A stretch of 64,000 nucleotides of DNA from Octopus vulgaris (GCA_951406725.2 OX597834.1:28520001-28584000); one strand, 5' to 3'; positions 24,834 to 38,357 are shown, counted from the stretch's first letter. The notes: a model not told the origin generated them from the letters alone. Numbers and translations: made by a program.

Positions 24834-25485
24834 GTTGTTGTTGCTGCTGCTGCTGTTATTTTTATTGCTTAGGCCTCAGGTCGGCTCTAAACAAAGAGAC
24901 ATGTTTAAAAGTGACGATCAACTGTGAAGACAACAGCTACAGCAGATAAACAGGCTTGTAATAACAATGGCTGAACATAATTACTAAAGCGATAAGCGGC
25001 CATCGAGAACTGTGACGAAAGCATTTAGTATCGAACGAAAAGCATTTGCTAATGAAACTATGGTACACTAAAGATAACACAAATTGAAGAATGGTGTGGG
25101 TGGAACCGTAAATGAAGCGTAGTCATGTGACACAATGAAACAGAATACAAATAAAAAGATAAAAATAAATATAAATAATAATGGTGATAATAAAAAACAG
25201 AGTAATCTATTTTTGTAGGACAGAGTAATTTTGTTTCGATCTGCCGCCCAACTAAAAATACATGTTGAATCTAGCCATTGATAAGAGGTATCGACCTGCT
25301 TCAGAAATAGTAGCCACGCCTCACTCCAATGAATAACATTGCATATTGTTAGAAAAGGCCGCTCTGGATAATGTGATCTTATAGGAAAAAAATGAGATGA
25401 CCACTGTTGGAAAGCCTTTGATCATAGGCGTTGTTTATCTAGCCATTTATAACAGGTATCGACATGCTGCAGAAAGAGTAGCCAA

Positions 25486-26132
25486 GTCTCCCTCAAATAA
25501 CACTAGATGTGGTCTTCAGTCCCCTACTCATGGGAAAATATACAAGATGGTCACAACTGGAAGACTGTAGATCATAGAAATAGTAGTCAAGTCTCCCTCA
25601 AATAACACTAGATGTGGTCTTCAGTCCCCTACTCATGGCAAAATATACAAGATGGTCACAACTGGAAGACTGTAGATCATAGAAATAGTAGTCAAGTCTC
25701 CCTCAAATAACACTAGATGTGGTCTTCAGTCCCCTACTCATGGGAAAATATACAAGATGGTCACAACTGGAAGACTGAAGATCATAGAAATAGTAGTCAA
25801 GTCTCCCTCAAATAACACTAGATGTGGTCTTCAGTCCCCTACTCATGGGAAAATATACAAGATGGTCACAACTGGAAGACTGTAGATCATAGAAATAGTA
25901 GTCAAGTCTCCCTCAAATAACACTAGTTGTGGTCTTCAGTCCCCTCCTCATTGGAAAATATACAAGATGGTCACAACTGGAAGACTGTAGATCATAGAAA
26001 TAGTAGTCAAGTCTCCCTCAAATAACACTAGATGTGGTCTTCAGTCCCCTACTCATGGCAAAATATACAAGATGGTCACAACTGGAAGACTGTAGATCAT
26101 AGAAATAGTAGTCAAGTCTCCCTCAAATAACA
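25486..26132. repeat. 105-bp tandem repeat, six near-identical units plus a partial
   Basis: gtctccctcaaataacac starts at 25486, 25591, 25696, 25801, 25906, 26011 and 26116. Confidence 0.95.
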
Positions 26133-26589
26133 CGAAAATGACACGCTGGATAAATTAATATGGCTCTATAGCAAAAAAGGGACGGTCGCAGCTGGAACAT
26201 CTTTGATCATAGGTCTGGTCTATCTATATAGGTGTAGCAGGCATCAAGTTACTACAGAAACAGTAGCCAGGTCCCCCTCAAATAATGCTGTACTGCCTTC
26301 AAAAAGAACACACTCAGTGATCTGGCCTTCATTTCTTGTGTACATAAAATAGTTAACTGCTTAAAACAGTGTAGTGGTTTTTGAATTAGGCACCAGGCCA
26401 GCGGTTTTGAGGGGGAGAAGTTTTCATTGATATCATCGACCCAGTACTTTATATTATCGAACCTGAAAGGGTGAAAAGTAAAGCAGGTCTCTGTGAAATT
26501 TGACCTCAGGATGTAAAAGGCCAGGATACAAGAAAACCATTTTCCTCGGCGCTCAAACGATTATACCAAACGACTGACCTTAAAAAATA

Positions 26590-26621
26590 ATGTATTGGTT
26601 AATAAGTACACACACACACAC

Positions 26622-26665
<44 letters not shown>

Positions 26666-26790
26666 AAGTACACACACACACACACACACACACAAGTACA
26701 CACACACACACACACACATATATATAAATAATATATAAATATATGCAAATATACATGCATATATGTACATACCTACATTGGTTAATAAGT

Positions 26791-26823
<33 letters not shown>

Positions 26824-27021
26824 TACACACACACATATATATATACATAAATAATATATAAATATATGCAAATATACATGCATATATGTACATACCTACA
26901 TTGGTTAATAAGTACACACACACACACACACACACAACACACACACACATACACACACACATATATATATACATAAATAATATATAAATATATGCAAATA
27001 TACATGCATATATGTACATAC

Positions 27022-27108
<87 letters not shown>

Positions 27109-27120
27109 TACACACACATA
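26590..27120. repeat. About 120-bp tandem triplication in a (CA)n/(TA)n matrix
   Basis: aatatataaatatatgcaaatatacatgcatatatgtacatacctaca occurs three times. Confidence 0.85.
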
Positions 27121-27297
27121 TATATATACATATATACGACAGGCTTCTTTCAGTTTCCGTCTACCAAATCCACTCACAAGGCTCTGGTCGGCCCGAGGCT
27201 ATAGCAGAAGACACTTGCCCAAGGTGCCACGCAGTGGGACTGAACCCGGAACCATGTGGTTGGTTAGCAAACTACTTACCACACAGCCACACCTGCG
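27120..27297 (-). mobile_element. SINE family A, 5' half
   Basis: Reverse complement of the head through to the internal microsatellite. Confidence 0.9.
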
Positions 27298-27659
27298 TTA
27301 ACTATTTTAATTATTTTACTAACGTTAACTGCTTTAGTCTAAAATATTAGTAGGGTGTGATTTGAGGGAGATTTAGCTACGATGTTTAGCAGGTCGAACG
27401 CAATCACCCAGAGGCTACCCTTATTGGCTCGTGGTTAGAGGGAGGGAGGCGATAGGGTAGAAAGAGGAGTAGAGAGAGGGAGAGGAAGAGAGAGGGAGAG
27501 TGGGAAAGTGAGAGTAAGAGACCTGTAAGGTTTTGGAAAATAATAACGATGTCTGCTCGCACCACCACTACTTCGCCACCCACGACCATCACCCCTCTCA
27601 GCTCGTTCTAATCCAGTCGTCATTAGCTTGTCGTTAAAGCAGTTTAGTTATACATTGTG

Positions 27660-28320
27660 TAGCAGTAGTAGGAGTAGAGAAGAGGTGGTGGTGGTAGTGG
27701 TGGTGGTGGTAGTGGTGGTAACAGTGGTACGATGGGCCGTGATGGTGGTGGTGGTGGTTATGATTGTGGTAGTGATGCTGGTGGTAGAAGTGGTTGTAGT
27801 GGTGCTTGTTGGAGTAGTGATTGTTGTGGTGCTGGTAGTAGTCGTGCTGATGGTAGTAGTGGTTGTAGTGATAGGGTTGGTAGTAGTAGTGCTGGTGGTT
27901 GTGGTTGTAGTGGTGCTGGTGGTTGTGGTTGTAGTGGTTCTGGTGGTTTTAGTTGTGGTAGTAGTTTTGCTGGTGGTAGAAGTGGTTGTAGTGGTTGCAG
28001 TAGTGCTGGTAGTTTAGGCTGTAGTGGTGCTGGTGGTAGATGTGGTTGTAGTGGTGCTGGTGGTAGATGTGCTTGTAGTGGTGCTGGTGGTAGTAGTCCT
28101 TGTGGTGGCGCTGGTGGTTGTGGTTGTAGTGGTGCCAGTGGTAGTAGTCCTTGTGGTGGCGCTGAGGGTTTAGGTTGTAGTGGTGCCGGTAGTTGTGGTT
28201 GTTGTGGTGCCGGTGTTAGTATAGGTTGTAGTGGTGCTGGTGACTGCTGCTTGTGACGTGGTGCTGCTGTGGTGGCAGTAGAGGTAGTGGTTTTCATGAT
28301 GGTAGTGGTGGTGGTGGTGT
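27660..28320. repeat. Degenerate (GGT/GTA/GTT)n low-complexity tract
   Basis: Directly visible. Confidence 0.85.
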
Positions 28321-28743
28321 CCAATGAGTCGGGTTCAATCCGAACTGAAGCAGGCAAGTCACGTTGCGCTTATTTAAAGTTGTTTCGACTCGAAAAAAAA
28401 AAAAAAAAAAGAAAAAGAAAAAGAAAAGAAATAAAACAAAAAAGAAAACAACATAAGTAGTTAAAACAAAGCAAAAAAGACAATGAATTATAATAAAATG
28501 CACACAGAAACAACAACAACAAAAAAATAAAGCAAAACAATAAGAACTAACAAAAAGAAAACCAGAAACCTCAAGCACGCATGCGCACGCAGCCGTTGGC
28601 ATTTTCCGAAGAAGAACTATTTATATTTTTTCGCAACTTATAACAACCCAACATCCACCGTCCACCATTTTATATTCGTTGTTGTAGAATTGACTTTCAT
28701 CATTAATATGGCTTCACCTTATTCACATAATAACAACAACAAC

Positions 28744-28802
<59 letters not shown>

Positions 28803-29442
28803 TGATGATGATGATGATTGATGATGATCTACTTGTTACAAGAGCGAAAGAGTTATTATCCAAGAAATATTACTTGTTCCAACAGCTCGTAGCTTCTCCT
28901 CCATCAAAGCAGCAGACGCTCATCTGCCATGGAATGGAATGAAATAAAGGCAAAAACGAAATAAAAAGGAATGAATTTATAATTGTTAATATTTCTATTA
29001 TATTGTGGAGCAATACGAAACGTTTTGTAATTGCCACAGATTACATTGTATTGTGTTATGCTGTATTGTGTGGCGCGTATATTGCCATAACACGTGTTTT
29101 AAAATAAATATAATTAACGTCGAGTTGCCGTAAGCTTGAAACATGGTTTAATAAATTTTATTTATTTTTTTTTTTGCGATAATGATGCCATTTCTCTTTG
29201 CATTTCGGGTTTCTAATCCAGCTGCTACCAGGTTCACTTCACTCAAGACGCATAAAGACCGACCTTAAGATAATGCAGTTTTTGTTTATGCTGTTGCAAT
29301 TAATTTATTGATATTTTCATTTTTGCCTACAAAGGCCCAAAGGCAACCAGGATTAAGAAGGAAATTAGGAAACAAACATGCACGCGAAACGTGCGCACAC
29401 ACACGCACACGCGCGCATTTTCAAAGGCTATTGATATATATA

Positions 29443-30260
29443 GGTACTGGTGTAGTAGTTTGGTTAGAAGCTTGCTTACCAACCATGAGGTCTGGGTTCA
29501 GTCCCACTGCTCAGTGCCTTGCACAAATGCCTTCTATTATATGTTTATTTATTACCCACAAGGGGCTAAACATAGAGGGGACAAACAAGGACAGACAAAC
29601 GGATTAAGTCGATTACATCGACCCCAGTGCGTAACTGGTACTTAATTTATCGACCCCGAAAGGATAAAAGGCAAAGTCGACCTCGGCGGAATTTGAACCC
29701 AGAATGTAACGGCAGACGAAATACGGCTACGCATTTCGCCCGGCGTGCTAACGTTTCTGCCAGCTCGCCGCCTTCTATTATAGTTCCAGGTCAACCGAAA
29801 GCCCTCTGAATGGACTTGGTAGACGATTGTATGAATATATGTATCTATATACGTGTGTGTGTGTGTGTGTGTGTATTTGTTGCTTCCCAATCACGCGGTT
29901 CTGGGTTCAGTCCGACTACGTGGCACCTTGGAAGTATATATATATATACTATAGCCTCGGGCAGATCAAAAGCTTGTGAATGAATTTCGTTGACGGAAAT
30001 TGAAAGAAGTCACTTGTATGTGTATGTGTGTGTGTATGTGCGTGTGTTTGGGTCCGTATTTGTCCCCCTCCACCACCACCACTTGAGAACCGTTAGTGTG
30101 TTTGAGTCTCTGTAACCTAGCGGCTCGGTAAAAGAGACCGATAGAATAAATACCACTTCTAAAAAGAAAAGAAGTACTAGGGTTGATTCATTCGACTAAA
30201 AATTCAAGACGCTGTCCCAGCATGGCCACGTCTAATGACTGAAATAAGTAAAAGAAAAAA
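29443..30260 (+). mobile_element. Two adjacent diverged SINE A copies, the first interrupted by a SINE C
   Basis: Heads lie near 29445 and 29880, and the 3' half with tail is at 30060-30260. Confidence 0.75.
29543..29772 (-). mobile_element. SINE family C inserted in SINE A, 13-bp TSD
   Basis: The direct repeat gccttctattata flanks both sides. Confidence 0.92.
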
Positions 30261-30601
30261 GACGAACTAAAGACAATTCCGCTATGAGATGTGGAGGTCT
30301 TTAAGACTAACTGGTGGAAATAACAGGCATGTTTCAGTCATGTTAGATCTCATCGGCGAAGAATAGCCAGTCGCCTCTATTAACTGAGTTAGAAGTGGTC
30401 AAGTATATATTGAAATGGAGGGAATCACTGGAGCAGAACATTCGGTGATTGAGAATCCAATGGAGCAGAATACGCTGTGTGATGAAGTCCAATGGAGTGG
30501 AACACTCAGTGAGTCAAGTGCAATGGAGCAGAACATTCAGTGATTCAAATTTACTGATGAACTCTCAACTTGTCAGCATCACTCAGTGCAGACACATCTA
30601 C

Positions 30602-30641
<40 letters not shown>

Positions 30642-30798
30642 GGAGAGGGGTGAGGGAAAGAGAGGGAGAGTGACAAACAGACTGACAGGTTGACTGGCAG
30701 AGTGAGAGGGAGGAAAAGAGTAAAAAGGGTAAAGAGAGGAACGGAGTGAAAGAGTGAAAACGAGGAAAGAGAGAAAGAATATAAAAGAAAATGAGAGT

Positions 30799-30833
<35 letters not shown>

Positions 30834-30957
30834 GAGGACGTGAGAAGATAGGAAAGAGAGAAGCAAATAGATAGGGAGAGGAAATAGGAAAGCGAGTGAG
30901 AGACATAGAGATAGTAAGAGAGGAGAAAGAAGAGAGAAAAAAGAAAGAGAAATAGAA

Positions 30958-31031
<74 letters not shown>

Positions 31032-31664
31032 TGCGAACGTGAGGGCGTGCGAGTGTATGAGTTCAGAAAACCAGTGTTGATTCATCATCGCTTGAGTGAA
31101 CTCGAAACCTCGTCCGTCCATTCTTACAATTACACGAGACTGTTTAGAACAAACGCTATTTAATTACAGGAAAACCACTGTTTGTATGGCTTAATTAATT
31201 AATTATTTACGACGTCAATGTTGGTGTCGTCAGAGAAAACATCCATTTATTAAAATCTATATTTCCGGCAAAACAATTTTCGTAAAGAAAAAAAATTGTC
31301 TCTATCTCATCATCCGTCTCAATGTTGATTTGTCTACATGGTTTTTTGGTCTGTCTATCTTACTTTTTCTCACGTTCCTCCACTCTCTCTCTCTCTCCTC
31401 TCTGTCGACCTGTCTCTATAACCCGGCTCGTTGCGTACCTGAAGGTCCATCTGGTCAACATGTTATCCCTGGTTTGTCTCTGCAGCTCACTTTTAGATGA
31501 ACTTAAGGACTGTGAGCAGAAAGTAGTAAGCTTTGTTTGACGAACCTCTGTCTGGCCGATCTGCCTCCCTTTTTGCAGTCATTCTGGTCAATTGGTTGAC
31601 TCTGTATGATCATCTACCTACCTACCTGCCTACCTACCTACTTACCTACCTACCTACCTATCTC

Positions 31665-31891
31665 TTCCCTTTTTCTTCATTTCTCTTTTCTTTTGTTCCT
31701 TTTCCTTTTTTTTTATTATTTTATTTTTTGTTCTTTTTTTCCCTTTTACGATCCCTATTGATCGAAAACCTACGCCACCTTTTTTTTGTTTCTTTTGCTT
31801 TTGTTTTTTTGTTTTTTCATCCCCCAAAAGAAAAGCTCTACCTTGTAACTTGTCCCATCTGTGTGCAGCCCTGTGTGGCCAATAAAGAAAC

Positions 31892-31892
<1 letters not shown>
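31665..31892 (+). mobile_element. 3' end of the (GATA)n-associated retroelement (probable Tx1)
   Basis: It ends gcagccctgtgtggccaataaagaaac, is followed by (TATC)n and is preceded by (CCTA)n. Confidence 0.75.
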
Positions 31893-31969
<77 letters not shown>

Positions 31970-32049
31970 GTCTGTCTATTTATTTGTCTTTCTGTCTGCC
32001 TGTCTGTCTTCACACACTCACACACACACACACACACATACATCTGTTA

Positions 32050-32238
32050 TCTTTTGCTTGTTTCATTCATTAGACTGCGGTCATACTGGGGCACGCCTTG
32101 AAGCATTTCTAGTCGAATGAATTGACCCCTGTACCTATTTATTTAAAGCCTAGTGCTTATTCTATCGGTGCCTTTTGTCTAACCGCTAAGTTACGGAAGA
32201 ATAGCATACCATCAGCGGTGGTGGGTGACAAACACAAA

Positions 32239-32271
<33 letters not shown>

Positions 32272-32430
32272 CAGGCTTCTTTCAGTTTCCGTCTACCAGA
32301 TCGACTTACAAGACTTTGACCAGTCTGAGGTTATAGAAGAAGACACTTGTCCAAGGTGTCACACAGTGGACTGAACCCGTAACCATGTGGTTGCGAAGCA
32401 AAGTTCTTACCACTCAGCCACGCCTGCTCG
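32050..32430 (-). mobile_element. SINE family A, older diverged copy
   Basis: Colinear with the reverse complement of family A, with many substitutions. Confidence 0.8.
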
Positions 32431-33609
32431 CAAGTAATAAAGGTTTTAAAATTTAATTTTTTTACATGAGTGTGTGTGTGTGTGTGCGTGTGTGCGCGCG
32501 TGCGTACGTCAGAAACACAGAAGCGTTTTTATGGGGTCACTTCACCCGTTAGAAATAGCAATCAAATCCCCCTTCACTAAAATGTATCCAGATTTTGTAG
32601 TAAAACTGGTACATATACATGATAGATACACATGTTTTAGATATACATGTTTTAGACAAGATGGGCAATACCATTTCTCTTTTCACTAAAAATAGATCCT
32701 AAAATGATAGGAAGTTTTTAAGTTTTAAACATTACAGCAGCCATATGGGCTGCTCTTTCTTATTTCACGAAAATATATTCAGACTTGGTACCAAAACTGG
32801 TAGGGATTTAAAAAAAAATATTTTAAACTTGCATCGTCTTCCTTTTCTCTTTTCATTAAACTATTTTCAGATATGCTAAAACTGGTAGGAATTTTACGTG
32901 TTATATATACTTGGTCTATGATGAACGCTGCTATTTCGCCAACTTTTTCGGTTTCTTTTTTTCTTTTATGATTTAAATATATTTCGCTCATGATGGGCGA
33001 TACCCTTTCTCCTTTCACTGCAACAGATCCAGATAAATTAGAAAGATATACCCAGATTTTGTGCTAAAACCAGTGAGAATTTTTTTAGCTATATATATAT
33101 ATTTTAAATGTTCCACGGCGGCCATTGTTCCTCAGTCATGCTGTTTAACGTTACATCCTCCTCGACCAGCAGACGACAAATATCGTGCAGAAAGCTATTT
33201 CTCTTATAAAACCTTCAGCTGTCGTATTTTCCCCTGTTGCTTTTTTCTATCGAGGATAAGGTTTCAAACAAATAAATAAATAAACAGAAATCTAATAAAA
33301 TGGAAATAAAATAGAAATGAAAAACGAACAAAGAGAAGTGATTTTCACTGTCCCTCCTTATGATGGATGTTAAAAATTTGGTATTTGGTTCCAATGTTTC
33401 CTGATAAAGGATTCGTTTTCGATATTATATGAAGAGCAAGAACAACAAAACGTGTCTGCAGGGAATTAGATACCAGTTAAGCTGATAGTAACCGTTAATG
33501 CGTTTCAGATAAAGACAGATCAAAGATTAACGGCTCTGGGTAATGTATTTTAAAACACGTGGGAACGAAAACCGATATACATACATACATACATACATAC
33601 ATACATACA

Positions 33610-33641
<32 letters not shown>

Positions 33642-33860
33642 CATATACATATGTAAAGAGAGCGAAAATGGTTTGTAAGTGGGGTTTTATTATATAATAT
33701 AAACACATCCATATAATTAAAGGTTTTTGTTGCATATGTATAAGTGTGCGTGTATGTGTGTTGTCTGCGTGGGTGTGTGTGTTTGTGTGTGTGTGAGTGT
33801 ATGCATACATTCATACACACACATACGTACATACATACACACACATACATACATACGTAC

Positions 33861-33893
<33 letters not shown>

Positions 33894-33897
<4 letters not shown>

Positions 33898-34165
33898 CTC
33901 GTGATTAAGGCGTTGCACTCACGATTGCGACATCGTGGTTTCAATCCCTGCACCAGGTGCTCGTGAACAAAGCACTTCATTACACGTTGCTCTGCAATCG
34001 CTTCGACATATCTGACATATGGCACATCGCGCACCTGTACAGGTAATGTCAATTTTTGATGAATGGAGTGAGTTAACGTACAGCGCAAACATTTGATCAC
34101 TATCAACGAATCATCCGTTCACGGTGTCCAGCAAGAAATTTCAAAAGCCTCATCTGTCGTCTACT
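33894..34165 (+). mobile_element. Old tRNA-derived SINE with a head related to family B
   Basis: ggcctcgtgattaaggcgttgcactcacgattgcgacatcgtggtttcaatccc. Similar old heads occur at about 17205-17315 (+) and 36100-36225 (-). Confidence 0.6.
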
Positions 34166-34187
34166 AGAGGTAGGTTTATCATATATG

Positions 34188-34573
34188 GTAGAGGCGCAAT
34201 GGCCCAGTGGTTAGGGCAGCGGACTCGCGGTCGTAGGATCGCGGTTTCGATTCCCAGACCGGGCGTTGTGAGTGTTTATTGAGCGAAAACACCTAAAAGC
34301 TCCACGAGGCTCCGGCAGGGGATGGTGGTGATCCCTGCTGTACTCTTTCACCACAACTTTCTCTCACTCTTACTTCCTGTTTCTGTTGTACCTGTATTTC
34401 AAAGGGCCGGCCTTGTCACTCTCTGTGTCACGCTGAATATCCCCGAGAACTACGTTAAGGGTACACGTGTCTGTGGAGTGCTCAGCCACTTACGCCTTAA
34501 TTTCACGAGCAGGCTGTTCCGTTGATTCGGATCAGCCGGAACCCTCGTCGTCGCAACCGACGGAGTGCTTCCA
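34188..34573 (+). mobile_element. SINE family B, full length, 11-bp TSD
   Basis: The TSD tatcatatatg lies at 34177-34187 and 34574-34584. Confidence 0.93.
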
Positions 34574-34611
34574 TATCATATATGTGAATGCGCGCGTGCG
34601 TGCGTATGTCA

Positions 34612-34830
34612 TTACTCTTTTTACTCTTTTACTTGTTTCAGTCATTTGACTGCGGCCATGATGGAGCACTACTTCAGTCGAGTAAATCAACCCCAGGACT
34701 TATTCTTTGGAAGCCTAATACTTATTCTATCTGAATCTTTTGCCGAACCGCTAAGTTACGGGGACGTAAACACACCAGCATCGGTTGTCAAGCGATGTTG
34801 GAGGGGGGGGGGGCAAGCACAGACACACAA

Positions 34831-34891
<61 letters not shown>

Positions 34892-34928
34892 TACGACGGG
34901 CTTCTTTCAGTTTCCGTCTACCAAATCC
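34612..34928 (-). mobile_element. SINE family A, 3' two-thirds
   Basis: Family match, followed by a (TATG)n expansion. Confidence 0.88.
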
Positions 34929-35561
34929 AAGGGTTCTTATGTATGTATGTATGTATGTATGTATGTATGTATGTATGTATGTATGTATGTATGTATGTGT
35001 TTGTGTGTGTATGTATGTATGTATGTATGTATGTATGTATGTATGTTTGTATGTTTGTTATGTATGTATGTATGTATGTATGTATGCATGCATGTAAGTA
35101 TGTTATGTATGTATGTATGTGTTTGTGTGTGTGTATGTATGTATGTATGTATGTATGTATGTATGTATGTATGTGTGTGTGTATGTATGTATGTATGTAT
35201 GTATGTATGCATGCATGTATGTATGTATGTTCTCTTCTGTTTGTAATTATTTCCATTCTTCCTCTGAGGAAGGAGCTGGTTTCTAACAAAGATACCAAGT
35301 TCCATGTTTGGAATGTAGATAACGAAAACAATGTCACATTTTAAACTTGAGAAAAGTCTTGTATATGTATGTGTGCATGTATGTATGTACGTATGTATGT
35401 ACGCATGAATGCGTGTGTGTGTGTATGTGTGTGATTTTGTGTAGTCAGAATGAATACCACAAAACATTCTGTCTGACGCAGTAGGAATTCTGTCACTTCG
35501 CTGCCTTAAAGTTTCAAAATGCTTTGGCGCTGGTGAAACCCTTGGACATCGTCTACGAGTG

Positions 35562-35957
35562 ATTGTATGGTAAGTAGCTTGCTTACCAACCACATGGTTC
35601 CGGGTTCAGTCCCACATTGTGGCACCTTGGGCAAGTGTCTTCTACTATAGCCTCGGGCCGACCAAAGCCTTCTGAGTGTATTTGGTAGACGAAAACTGAA
35701 AGAAGCCCGTCGTATATATGTATATATATATGTATGTGTGTGTGTTTGTGTGTCTATGTTTGTCCCCCCAACATCGCTTGACAACCGATGCTGGTGTGTT
35801 TACGTTCCCGTAACTTAGCATTTCGGTAAAAGAGACCGATAGAATAAGTACTAGGCTTACAAAGAATAAGTACTGGGGTTGATTTGCTCGGCTAAAGGCG
35901 GTGCTCCAGCATGGCCACAGTCAAATGACTGAAACGAGTAAAAGCGTAAAAGAGTAA
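35562..35957 (+). mobile_element. SINE family A, nearly full length
   Basis: Family match from tggtaagtagcttgc to the tail. Confidence 0.9.
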
Positions 35958-36465
35958 CGCCTTGACATTTCTGTCTGTAGCTCTTGGACTCATAGAGCCC
36001 GGTCACCCTATTTCTATGGCGTATAAAAGACCGAAATGACAACATTCTTCCCTGAATGGGACAACAGCCTGTCCGCAGAGTTAGTCACTTACAGTTGAAT
36101 GGATCGGTGCAACTTGAAAGGAAGCGTTTTACTCAGGGGCACAACACAACGCAACATCCGAACCGGGATTCGAACCCCTGGTCCTGCGATTGTGAGTACA
36201 ACACCCTAAACACCAAGACACGCGATTTTCACTATCATTAAAGCCAGAAATATCGAATTACCCAGGTAGGGAGATATGATTTAATGTGTGTAAAAACCGG
36301 GATAGAAACAGCAACTAATTAGTTTTACAATGACAGGAGTTCGATGAAGAACAGACGCCAAGATAACGGCTTGTCAGAGTGAATTATGGGCATATTGGTT
36401 TCATAAGCCTCAGCCAGTTTATTAGTTGATTAATTCAGATTAATGAGCAGATATTTTAGGGAATG

Positions 36466-36516
<51 letters not shown>

Positions 36517-36630
36517 TGTATGTATGTATGTATATATATATATATGCATATATGCAGGGTGCGTTGAATAAACTGTCGTCTAAATTACGTAAAAATGGAT
36601 AATAACACCGACATCATATTTTAACAGCTA

Positions 36631-37182
36631 TACGAGGTTTGATCAATAAGTATCCGATTTGTCGCAATATTAACGAAGTTAAAGCACGCAGAATAAAGCC
36701 CGCTTGGCAAAAATTGACCTTGAACTCTACTGTGCATGCGCACTAAGTTTTAACGTTATAGCTCGCTTCTGCTGTTTATAGCAGTGTTTGGAAGGAACGC
36801 GTGTAGCGTGTGATCATCGCATTGACCACGTCAGAGAAAGTTGTCGTGGCGATACCTGCTCAGAAACCAACACAAAGCTTCAGAAAGTGTATGGAGAGGA
36901 GTGTATGAGCCACACACAAGTGTACGAGTGTTTCGGACGATTCCAAGATGGTCGAAAACATGTCGATATAGACGAACGTTCTGTGAAACCCGCAACCAGA
37001 AGAACCGAGAAAAACATCGTTGATGTGAGTGCAGCTGTGAGGGCAAATCGTCGAATCACCAACCGTGAGTTATCAGAGGATGAGCAGATTAGTTATGGTT
37101 TAGTTCAGTCCATTATTACTGAAGATTTGGGTATGAGACGCGTCTCTGCCAAGTTTGTGCCAAAACTACTTTCAACTGACCA
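36631..37182 (+). mobile_element. Mariner transposon, 5' part with a decayed transposase N-terminus
   Basis: A TIR-like start tacgaggtttgatcaataagtatccg follows a TA. The translation KLQKVYGEECMSHTQVYE..RF.DGR...D.ERS...RRVSAKFVPKLL covers the mariner HTH region up to the WVPHEL-like motif. A SINE A fragment truncates it. Confidence 0.88.
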
Positions 37183-37189
37183 AGTACTT

Positions 37190-37465
37190 TCAGTAAGCCC
37201 AGTACTTATTCTATCGGTCTCTTTTGCCGAACCGCTAAGTGATGGGGACGTAAACACACCAGCATCGGTTGTCAAGCAATGCTAGGGGGACAAACACAGA
37301 CACACAAACATATATATATATATATATATATATACAGGATGGGCTTCTTTCAGTTTCCGTCTGCCAAATCCATTCACAAAGACTTTGGTCGGCCCGAGGC
37401 TATCGTAGACGATACGATACCTGACAAAGGTGCCACGCAGTAGGGCTGAACCCACTCCTGCGCCT
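37190..37465 (-). mobile_element. SINE family A, partial
   Basis: Family match. Confidence 0.85.
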
Positions 37466-38094
37466 ATATATATATTAAGGCTGAGTAAAAAAGAAGCAAC
37501 TTTTTGAAACATGAAATCCATCACAATATATTTAAAAAATGAGGAAATCTTGTTCCTCAAAGTACCATTACAATCAACACATTTTTGCCAACGAGTTGCA
37601 AGTTGGTTTAAATATATATAGGAAGGGAACGTTCTCGAAAGAAATCACTTTATTACATGTACAACACACATACACACACACACATATACACACATACACG
37701 CACGCACACATACACAAATACATATATATATATATTCATTCGTGTTGTTATTGATTTCAAATTTGTTTATTTCCTTTTATTTTATTTCATTTGTTTAAAT
37801 ATTTCACGTTTTAAAAATGCATTATTGTAAATTGCTGTAATTTCTCGATTGAAACTTCTTTAGGAATGGTAAAAAGAAATCAGAAACAGTTCATGCAAAC
37901 ATGCATGCATGCATACATACACACATACAACATACATACATACATACATACATACATACATACATACATACATACATACATACATGCATACATACATGCA
38001 TACATACATGCATACACACACATATATTTATACATATATATATATATGTATATATGTATATATGTATATATATATGTATATATATGTATATATG

Positions 38095-38150
<56 letters not shown>

Positions 38151-38256
38151 CATTTACATACATGCATACATATAAACATGCATACATACAAACATGCTTA
38201 CATGTATACATATATGTATACATGCATACATATATGTATACATGCATACATATATG

Positions 38257-38315
<59 letters not shown>

Positions 38316-38357
38316 ATATAAAATAAAATACAGAATGGGACAAGAACGCAAAACATC

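Noticed and set aside
25555-25580. miR-7 seed-like TGGAAGACT in each 105-bp unit
   Set aside because: Only 9 nt match, the rest differs from miR-7, and the stem is too short for a pre-miRNA.
27732-28256. Gly/Cys-rich ORF resembling a keratin-associated or beak structural protein
   Set aside because: It derives from degenerate (GGT/GTA)n repeats, all frames are low-complexity, and there is no signal peptide.
34188-34265. tRNA gene
   Set aside because: It has A and B boxes but continues into a SINE body with a TSD and occurs in several copies. It is a SINE head rather than a tRNA.
35263-35305. Plus-strand CTGAGGA followed by a stem
   Set aside because: No GAAA follows the stem, so the hammerhead core is incomplete.
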